48,707 nucleotides of DNA from a virus, in the IMG/VR virus record IMGVR_UViG_3300025628_000001. The stretch is one strand, 5' to 3'. Shown piece by piece: positions 8,142 through 14,631 of the stretch. The notes below the pieces were generated by a model. The model was not told the DNA's origin. It did not search any database and saw only the letters and a list, made by a program, of their open reading frames with translations. The translations under genes were made by a program, and so were the position numbers. Position 1 is the first letter of the stretch; each line of letters opens with the position of its first letter.

Positions 8142-8185
8142 TTAAGATGTTTAAATAATAATATCAATTACTTGAAAGGTGCATT

Positions 8186-8458
8186 ATGAAAACCTACGCA
8201 GATTTAGAAACCGCTTTAATGCTCGAATTAAAAATTTGGTTTAAAAGACAGTGCTTGCTTCCTTCTGAAAGTTTTTATCTTTATTATCAAGAGAAAACAT
8301 CAGAACATAACGGGGGAATTATTATTTTAGTGGATCCGCCGGCAAATAAAAACTATCGCCTTGCCTCTGCTGAAAGAATTAACAAAGGCGCAACAATTGA
8401 ACAGAATTCTAATTACTTCCGCAATTCAATACTTGGTGGACTTCCGGTATTAGGATAA
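8186..8458 (+). CDS. Hypothetical early protein (90 aa)
   Basis: Track ORF. Confidence 0.65.
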   Translation: MKTYADLETALMLELKIWFKRQCLLPSESFYLYYQEKTSEHNGGIIILVDPPANKNYRLASAERINKGATIEQNSNYFRNSILGGLPVLG

Positions 8459-8492
8459 ACAATTATTAATCATTAACAAAGGGATTAAACAA

Positions 8493-8831
8493 ATGAAATT
8501 AGATTATAAGTATATTTTAAATCAAACTACTTTAGTAGGGAATGGTGATTGTGGACATTCTTTTTATGATTCTATTATTGAAGTATGCCGACTATTGTTT
8601 AAAAATGTAACCTACAAAGACGGGCTTATAACTTCTAAAACAAAACTTGGAAAACTCCGTATTATTTGCAGCTTTAACGAGCCTAAAGTATATATTGATA
8701 TTTCTAATTGTTGGTGTCAAGAAAGTCAGTTAAATTCTTCAAATATAAGATTTTTAAATTATGAATCTTGTTGCAACTTCCTGGACGGAGTAAAGGACCT
8801 TGAAGATATTATTGTTAAAAACGAAGGATAA
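8493..8831 (+). CDS. Hypothetical early protein (112 aa), Cys-rich
   Basis: Track ORF with AAGGGA upstream. Confidence 0.65.
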   Translation: MKLDYKYILNQTTLVGNGDCGHSFYDSIIEVCRLLFKNVTYKDGLITSKTKLGKLRIICSFNEPKVYIDISNCWCQESQLNSSNIRFLNYESCCNFLDGVKDLEDIIVKNEG

Positions 8832-8857
8832 TAAACAATTAAACAGGAGCTAAAAAC

Positions 8858-9064
8858 ATGAAAAAATTTAACACTATAAACACAAAAGAACAAAATAATA
8901 TAATTTATGACCTTTGTTTGTTACATGATAAGTTAAACGAAATTAAAAGGAGCGACAAGCTATTAACGCCAGCCGTTGAAAAGCTTATTATTGACATGCA
9001 GAATGAAATTAAAGATAGAATCCGCCTTGCAGCAAGATTAATAAAAGAACTTAACGCCAAATAA
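8858..9064 (+). CDS. Hypothetical early protein (68 aa)
   Basis: Track ORF with AGGAGC upstream. Confidence 0.65.
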   Translation: MKKFNTINTKEQNNIIYDLCLLHDKLNEIKRSDKLLTPAVEKLIIDMQNEIKDRIRLAARLIKELNAK

Positions 9065-9087
9065 ACAATTAACTCGGAGGCTTAAAA

Positions 9088-9180
9088 ATGAAAACCTGCA
9101 CCTTGTCAGAAGAGACACAAAAAGAGCTTTACGACGTATTAGTACAAATTGAAAAAATACGGAGAGTTGAACACATTTAA
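9088..9180 (+). CDS. Very small ORF (30 aa)
   Basis: GGAGG lies 8 nt upstream. Hand translation MKTCTLSEETQKELYDVLVQIEKIRRVEHI. Confidence 0.4.
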   Translation: MKTCTLSEETQKELYDVLVQIEKIRRVEHI

Positions 9181-9207
9181 CTATAAAATCATACGAGAGG
9201 ACAAGCC

Positions 9208-9505
9208 ATGGCCGATACAGCTAAAGTTATTTTAATCGAGGGAAACCCACATAATAAAATTCCCAGGTGGATCAATTGCAGTTTGCAGAACTTCAGACAA
9301 TGAGTATTGGGCGCATATCGAAGTAAATCACAAAGACGGGCCAAACGGTCAGATCCTTGAAGACGATCACCGGCAGAGCAAGAACGGGGAAGTCGTCACA
9401 AGCCGGGTTGATTACAACTATCCTCATACAGACATTCCGGCCATTCAGTACCATGAAAACATAAACCACATAGCCGTCCGGATCAAGACGAAAGGAGGCA
9501 AGTAG
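9208..9505 (+). pseudogene. Hypothetical protein of about 99 aa interrupted by a frame change at an A4 run (9256..9259)
   Basis: The frame from ATG 9208 stops at 9301. The +1 frame is open from 9260 to TAG 9505 with no ATG, GTG or TTG start. Removing one A joins them into ...EGNPHNKFPGGSIAVCRTSDNEYWAHIEVNH... Confidence 0.55.
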
Positions 9506-9506
9506 T

Positions 9507-10115
9507 ATGGACACGATAACCAGAAAATATAATCTTTACCAGTATCAGGAGCTTTCAGAACAGGCCAAACAGAAGGTGCAGCAGATGTTTGGCGAGGATC
9601 CGATTGATGAAACGAGCATGCTGACAGAAGACTTTAAAATGTTACTTGAACAGGATAACCCGTATTTTACAAACCCAGAATTTCAGTGGAGTTTGGGCCA
9701 TTGCCAGGGAGACGGATTGAGCTTTTCCTGTGATGTTGATGTTTTAGCGTTTGTAAAGGCAGAACTGGAAAGCATTAAAAAACCTAGTGTGCAGAATGTG
9801 ATTTCTAACTATTTAACAATCAGGTCAACGGGGAATAAAGGCCGATATTGTTACGCATCAAAGAACGATATTGATTTTGATTTTGAGACAGATGTCGGTG
9901 GGAACATAGAGCAGGTTTTTGATTCTGTAATTAAAGCCGTACAGGATAAGTATATGGATCTTTGTGCTAAATTCGAGAAAAGCGGTTATGAGCAATATGC
10001 TTACAGGTATTCCGACGAGAACGCACAGGAAATGTCTGAGGGGAATGATTACACTTACCTTGAAGACGGAACGATGTTTAACAAAGAGGAAGGAGATACA
10101 CCGAGCAATGGTTGA
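9507..10115 (+). CDS. Hypothetical early protein (202 aa)
   Basis: Track ORF with AAAGGAGG upstream. Confidence 0.75.
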   Translation: MDTITRKYNLYQYQELSEQAKQKVQQMFGEDPIDETSMLTEDFKMLLEQDNPYFTNPEFQWSLGHCQGDGLSFSCDVDVLAFVKAELESIKKPSVQNVISNYLTIRSTGNKGRYCYASKNDIDFDFETDVGGNIEQVFDSVIKAVQDKYMDLCAKFEKSGYEQYAYRYSDENAQEMSEGNDYTYLEDGTMFNKEEGDTPSNG

Positions 10116-10281
10116 ATATACAACAGTACCCATGGACGACGGGACGGACGATTTTATTTTGCAGTGTAACAACTGCGGAGCATTTAAACTGAATGCAGGA
10201 AGTGGATCCGAAATCGAACACCACAAGACCTGCAAACCTAACGACGATGACTGGACGGAAGGAGCAGGCGAGTCATGGTAA
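10108..10281 (+). CDS. Small Cys/His protein (57 aa), possible zinc ribbon
   Basis: The ATG at 10108 overlaps the stop of the previous ORF. Hand translation MVEYTTVPMDDGTDDFILQCNNCGAF...HHKTC. This is the internal Met of track ORF 9964..10281. Confidence 0.5.
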   Translation: MVEYTTVPMDDGTDDFILQCNNCGAFKLNAGSGSEIEHHKTCKPNDDDWTEGAGESW

Positions 10282-10331
10282 AGAAGTAAACAGAGACATT
10301 AACCCATAATTTTAAAAACGGAGACAGTATC

Positions 10332-10916
10332 ATGGCACAAAAAAAAGTAGTTAAATCACCAGCGATCAAAATCCAATTTATGAACCTTATTTTAGTGGGA
10401 GATTCCCCGTTGGTTTGTCATGCTTGGAGCGAAAAGGCAAAGAAAATAATGGCAGACGACCAGGACCCCGAAAAGGTCAAGCCTCCAAGAACAAAAAGAG
10501 ACAAAATAGCAGAATATCAGGCGAGCATGTATCATCTTCCGAACGGAAAACATGGTTTCCCGTCAATTGCTTTTAAATCTTCCGCCGTCCGAGCAGCAAA
10601 GAACGTGGAAGGGATGACCATGGCCGACACCAGAAACGCTTTTCATGTTCAGGGGGAACTGGTAGAGATAAAAGGAAAACCGGAAATGCGTGAGGATATG
10701 ATCCGCGTTAAAACTGGCGGAGCAGATTTGCGCTATCGTGGAGGTTTTAACGAATGGGAGGTTGAGATTACCGTCCGGTTTAATTCTTCAGTTATTAGCG
10801 CAGAAAAGATTGTGAACCTGTTTAATCTTGCAGGGTTTGGCGTAGGTGTTGGAGAATACAGACCAGAAAAAAACGGATCTTGGGGCTTATTTCATGTTAA
10901 AACGGAGAAGGAATAA
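10332..10916 (+). CDS. Hypothetical protein (194 aa) with a glycine-rich C-terminal loop
   Basis: Track ORF with ACGGAGAC upstream. It ends with AGFGVGVGEYRPEKNGSWGLFHV. An ATGA overlap couples it to the next ORF. Confidence 0.75.
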   Translation: MAQKKVVKSPAIKIQFMNLILVGDSPLVCHAWSEKAKKIMADDQDPEKVKPPRTKRDKIAEYQASMYHLPNGKHGFPSIAFKSSAVRAAKNVEGMTMADTRNAFHVQGELVEIKGKPEMREDMIRVKTGGADLRYRGGFNEWEVEITVRFNSSVISAEKIVNLFNLAGFGVGVGEYRPEKNGSWGLFHVKTEKE

Positions 10917-11362
10917 TGGAATATGACTGGAAATACGGCTCAAGAATCTCCGGTAATGCGAGTGTTGTTGGCGGTCAGATTGAATCTATACGTCAAAAAA
11001 AGGGCGGTTTTGTTGGTGCTAGAGACGTTTTGCAGAGTGCAAAGAGAAAAACATCTCCCCTGCACGAATATTTTGAATGGGACGATGGTTTGGCTGCTGA
11101 TGAATATCGGTTAGTTCAGGCAAGAGAATTGCTGCGAGCTATTGTTATTGTCAGGGAAGATGTTACTGTTCGAGGATTTGTAAACGTCCAAATTGAAGAC
11201 GATCTAACTTATACCAGTATTGACTTTGCTTTGTCAGATGCGGAGTTGAGGTTACAAGTTATAAATAAAGCAAAAAAAGAAATGATATCATGGCATCAAA
11301 GGTATAAAGATTTAGTAGAGTTTAATCCCATTCATGAAGCTATTGCGAGGTTTGCAGACTAG
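10916..11362 (+). CDS. Hypothetical protein (148 aa)
   Basis: Track ORF coupled to the preceding gene. It carries the motif PLHEYFEWDDGLAADEYRLVQARELLRAI. Its stop codon touches the G-rich tract. Confidence 0.7.
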   Translation: MEYDWKYGSRISGNASVVGGQIESIRQKKGGFVGARDVLQSAKRKTSPLHEYFEWDDGLAADEYRLVQARELLRAIVIVREDVTVRGFVNVQIEDDLTYTSIDFALSDAELRLQVINKAKKEMISWHQRYKDLVEFNPIHEAIARFAD

Positions 11363-11675
11363 GCAGGCGTGGACTGGCGGGGCGGGGCATGGTCAGGCCC
11401 GGCGCGGAATGGCTTGGCAGGCATGGCCAGGCGCGGTGAGGCAAGGCGAGGTGAGTGGGGCGAGGCATGGCAGGCGTGGTCAGGTCTGGTTTGGCATCGC
11501 TGGGCGAGGCGAGGTATGGCGGGGCAGGCTGGGCGCGGCAAGGTTCGGCGGGGAGAGGCAAGGCGTGGCAGGGCAGGGCAGGTTAGGCGTGGCGAGGCAG
11601 GGCAGGGCACGGCAGGCTAGGCGTGGCGAGGTTTGGCTTTGCAAGGTCAGGCATGGCAGGGCGAGGCAGGCAGGG
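11361..11675 (+). repeat. G-rich (GGYNN)n pentanucleotide-periodic tract, about 60 units
   Basis: GGC, or occasionally GGT, recurs every 5 nt (sometimes 4) with variable 2-nt spacers. The tract has very high GC in an otherwise AT-leaning genome and carries no stop codon in any of the six frames. Confidence 0.9.
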
Positions 11676-11701
11676 AAATCTATAACGAAAGGAGGAACAA
11701 A

Positions 11702-12403
11702 GTGACTAATGCAATTATTTACGCGAGGTTTTCTCCGCGCAGAAACGCTGAAACTTCAGACTCAAACGAGATCCAGAAGGCATATTGTGAACAGCATGCT
11801 CATGACAAAAAATACACTGTGGCCGGTTTTCATGAGGACAAGGCCCTTTCCGGATCCGACGCAGATCGTCCGGCTTTGTGGGCCGCCCTGGAGCAATTAG
11901 AAAAGGGCTCCGTCTTGCTGGTTTATAAGCTCGACAGACTGGCCAGAAACGTCTATCTGATGGAATTAATAAAGCAGGCAGTGAAAACCTGCGGCGCAAG
12001 GATTGAAGCCGTTGAGGGCGATGTTGAAGGCGATACGGCTGAATCTGTGCTGATTAGACAGATACTTTCTAGTATATCGGAGTATGAACGCAAGATCATA
12101 GCCTTAAGGACTAAATTTGCAATGCAGCAACATCAGCGAAACGGAAAGAGAATGGGTAGGTTTCCGCCTTATGGTTTCCAGATCGATCCGGAAGACAATA
12201 CCATGCTCATCCCGGTTGAACTAGAGCAAAAGGCAATCGTCCGGATCTGGGCGATGAAGGCCGAAGGATATGAGACTATGCAGATTGCCAGAAAGATGAA
12301 CCATGAGAAGTTGCATAAGACCCGGAACGGAAATCGCTGGGCCAGAAAACAAATTGATAAAATCTTAAGTAATCACAAACAAATAAAAGGAGACAGTAAA
12401 TGA
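11702..12403 (+). CDS. Small serine recombinase (resolvase/invertase family, about 233 aa)
   Basis: AIIYARFSPRRN contains the catalytic Ser context. Also present are DKALSGSDADRPAL, LLVYKLDRLARN and a C-terminal helix-turn-helix-like region. The likely start is GTG 11702, 7 nt after GGAGG. The upstream part of the track ORF is an artefact of the stop-free tract. Confidence 0.85.
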   Translation: MTNAIIYARFSPRRNAETSDSNEIQKAYCEQHAHDKKYTVAGFHEDKALSGSDADRPALWAALEQLEKGSVLLVYKLDRLARNVYLMELIKQAVKTCGARIEAVEGDVEGDTAESVLIRQILSSISEYERKIIALRTKFAMQQHQRNGKRMGRFPPYGFQIDPEDNTMLIPVELEQKAIVRIWAMKAEGYETMQIARKMNHEKLHKTRNGNRWARKQIDKILSNHKQIKGDSK

Positions 12404-12993
12404 ACAAGAATCCAATAGATAGTTCAGTAATTGCAAAAAGGCTAGCAACTGCGCTGGACAGAACTCAAAAGGATATTGAATCCTATTTTGACCGGGTTAA
12501 ACAGGGGGCAACTGATATTATCCGGGAGAATGTAGCCGACGCAATAAGGAGTAAAACCTTGACAGAAGATATCGCAAAGCATGTCGATAAAAATGTTTCT
12601 TTTGTTGTCGCTAAACACTTCAGGCAAAAGGACTTCAAAGGGGATCTTGACAGGAAAATTGAATCTATTGTTGGAGAAGAATTCAGCGCTTTTATTAATA
12701 AGTCTGTAAAGGAGGTTTTTGAGGACTATTTCCGTGAGAACATCAGGGTTATGATACAGGACTCAATAGAAAAACAAACAGACTATGTTATTGAGACGAC
12801 TAAAAAGATTGCCTTAACAACTTTTACTGACGCTATATCGACAAGAGTTAAAGAGCAGTTTAATGATGTGGCTTGTAAACATGTCATTACAAAAAAGATC
12901 GACGAGCTGATGGGAGCTCTTGGGAAAAGTCACGTTAAGCGGCTTTTAGAGACTGAGCTTGAGCACAGGGAAGGGGAAAGCGACAAGCATTAA
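12400..12993 (+). CDS. Hypothetical helical protein (197 aa)
   Basis: Track ORF with ATGA overlap with the recombinase stop. Confidence 0.65.
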   Translation: MNKNPIDSSVIAKRLATALDRTQKDIESYFDRVKQGATDIIRENVADAIRSKTLTEDIAKHVDKNVSFVVAKHFRQKDFKGDLDRKIESIVGEEFSAFINKSVKEVFEDYFRENIRVMIQDSIEKQTDYVIETTKKIALTTFTDAISTRVKEQFNDVACKHVITKKIDELMGALGKSHVKRLLETELEHREGESDKH

Positions 12994-13023
12994 TATTTTT
13001 GTTCCCTCTATACTTACACTACT

Positions 13024-13044
13024 CATACACCATTGTGGTGTATG
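13024..13044. terminator. Perfect 9-bp hairpin CATACACCA-ttg-TGGTGTATG in the convergent intergenic region
   Basis: It lies between the last rightward gene (12993) and the last leftward gene (13136). There is no immediate U-run, so its role as a terminator is uncertain. Confidence 0.4.
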
Positions 13045-13135
13045 CAGTGGTGTATCTGTATCCTGCCGTTTTTGCATGGTTTTCCTTCCAGACACACCAT
13101 TACCTACACCTATACTTACACTACGACTTACACTA

Positions 13136-13351
13136 CTATTTTTCTTCTATAATCTGAACAATACTCTTTAAAACGTCCAGTGGTACCTCTGACCCGTGAG
13201 CAGCAACATGCGCTATGGATTCTGGCTCTCCCATCGAGGGATGTAACGTGGCTACTCTTAGCTTTTTCTTTTTGGTGATTTCATCTTGAGTGATAACAAA
13301 TCCGGTCGTGGTTGCAAAATTGGTTGTAAATGTGGCGTGAAGAACTTTCAT
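13136..13351 (-). CDS. Hypothetical protein (71 aa)
   Basis: Track ORF that starts 2 nt after the rusA stop. Confidence 0.55.
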   Translation of the reverse strand: MKVLHATFTTNFATTTGFVITQDEITKKKKLRVATLHPSMGEPESIAHVAAHGSEVPLDVLKSIVQIIEEK

Positions 13352-13352
13352 G

Positions 13353-13757
13353 TTATTTCTGTCTTTCTATTGTTAATTCAACCCTTGACGTCTTCTTGTC
13401 GATAAAAAACTCTGCCGGCAACGTGGTTAAATGTTCCGAATCGTCGTCTACCAGTAGGTTTGCGTCAACCAACCCGTCATATGTCGGCTTTAACATTGCC
13501 AGATGGTTAATGTCGTCACGTCGGCGCTTTTGCTTGTGATAGAATTTCGCCTTGATCGTAGCTCTCCGCCATGGCCCGGAACTGATCCCTTCACGTTCTG
13601 CAGCTTCCATGGCCAGTCTCCGGGACTTCTTTGTTACTGCAGCTCGTTTCATCCTACCGCCAATAGATCCGCACACGGTATTTGGAGACAATATCGCAGG
13701 TGGAAGCGGTAGGATTATAACGACGGTTTCTTTGGTAAATTTACTTTTTACTTTCAT
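13353..13757 (-). CDS. rusA: RusA-family Holliday junction resolvase
   Basis: LPLPPAILSPN..., KQKRRRDDINHLAMLKPTYDGLVDANLLVDDDSEHL match the RusA pattern. Confidence 0.8.
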   Translation of the reverse strand: MKVKSKFTKETVVIILPLPPAILSPNTVCGSIGGRMKRAAVTKKSRRLAMEAAEREGISSGPWRRATIKAKFYHKQKRRRDDINHLAMLKPTYDGLVDANLLVDDDSEHLTTLPAEFFIDKKTSRVELTIERQK

Positions 13758-14109
13758 TAACCTGTGCTATGTGGTCGTTGTAAGAAGTGTAGGGGACAAA
13801 TACTGAAGAAATCGAGCTGATTGGTTTTTCATATATCCAACCGCCAGGGACGCGATGAATAATTAGTGCGTTCGGCTCTTTCCCTGGCATTTTCATAATT
13901 TTAACTTCATGTAGCTTCATGTCGTAAACAGTGTACGGCTCATCCCCGAAGGAATCTTCATACTCAATAACTCTTTTCTCTGTCATCATCTTCTCCTTTT
14001 TTCGGCCTAGGCCAAGTATTCTGTTAGCGATCTTTTCTTTTTTCCAATCGACCGGACCGCCTTCGTCGTCGAATGGATCGTGAATATCTTTAAAAAGTGA
14101 ATGGTCCAT
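13741..14109 (-). CDS. Hypothetical protein (122 aa)
   Basis: Track ORF packed within the operon. Confidence 0.6.
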   Translation of the reverse strand: MDHSLFKDIHDPFDDEGGPVDWKKEKIANRILGLGRKKEKMMTEKRVIEYEDSFGDEPYTVYDMKLHEVKIMKMPGKEPNALIIHRVPGGWIYEKPISSISSVFVPYTSYNDHIAQVNESKK

Positions 14110-14110
14110 A

Positions 14111-14419
14111 TCAGTAATTTGGGATCGTTACATTAATCGTGAAAGTGTATTTAATCTCATTGTTAGCAAGTATCTTAGCTTTCATTTTAGAGTCGTCCAT
14201 TACCTTCTTTGCCATTTGTCTTTTTATGCCAGCCTTGACCATTTTCTGTAAGATAGCTATTTCGTGAATGTTCTTCCTGGTAAAGTACGCCGGGGATCCT
14301 GCTTTCGGGGCTGGGATCTCTGGCGTGATTAGCCCAGCGAATACCCAGCCGGTAAGTGTCATATATTTAAGATCGAGCATTTTGCAAACTTCACCTTTTT
14401 GCCATAAGGGATCTTTCAT
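14111..14419 (-). CDS. MerR/excisionase-type helix-turn-helix DNA-binding protein
   Basis: VCKMLDLKYMTLTGWVFAGLITPE...YFTRKNIHEIAILQKM resembles the MerR-like HTH and wing. Confidence 0.6.
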   Translation of the reverse strand: MKDPLWQKGEVCKMLDLKYMTLTGWVFAGLITPEIPAPKAGSPAYFTRKNIHEIAILQKMVKAGIKRQMAKKVMDDSKMKAKILANNEIKYTFTINVTIPNY

Positions 14420-14619
14420 TTATTGTCCTTTCTGTTTAATGGATGACAGATAGAATTACAACCATGCCAATCAAGATTACGCTTAGAGATGTCGCCCATA
14501 GTTTCGATAAACTTAACAATCATTTCTGCCATCAAATAATCTGGCATATCAAAATCATTCTCAACATTATACTTATTTATTAATTTTTGTAAGTCTACTT
14601 GAAAAGCTACTGAAGCCAT
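14416..14619 (-). CDS. Hypothetical protein (67 aa)
   Basis: Track ORF that overlaps the downstream start by 4 nt. Confidence 0.55.
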   Translation of the reverse strand: MASVAFQVDLQKLINKYNVENDFDMPDYLMAEMIVKFIETMGDISKRNLDWHGCNSICHPLNRKDNK

Positions 14620-14631
14620 TACACCACCCCC

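Noticed and set aside
9293-9514. Minus-strand 73-aa track ORF.
   Set aside because: It lies antisense to the frameshifted early gene within a purely rightward operon, and no RBS is seen.
11334-11705. Track ORFs crossing the G-rich tract (11334..11705 +, 11369..11620 +, the N-terminal extension of 11633..12403 +, 11340..11561 -, 11359..11610 -). They give Arg/Gly/Ala/Trp-rich or Pro/Ala-rich 'proteins'.
   Set aside because: All six frames are open only because the tract lacks the bases needed for stop codons. The 5-nt periodicity is out of phase with codons. No RBS precedes them. The recombinase has a proper GGAGG plus GTG start at 11702.
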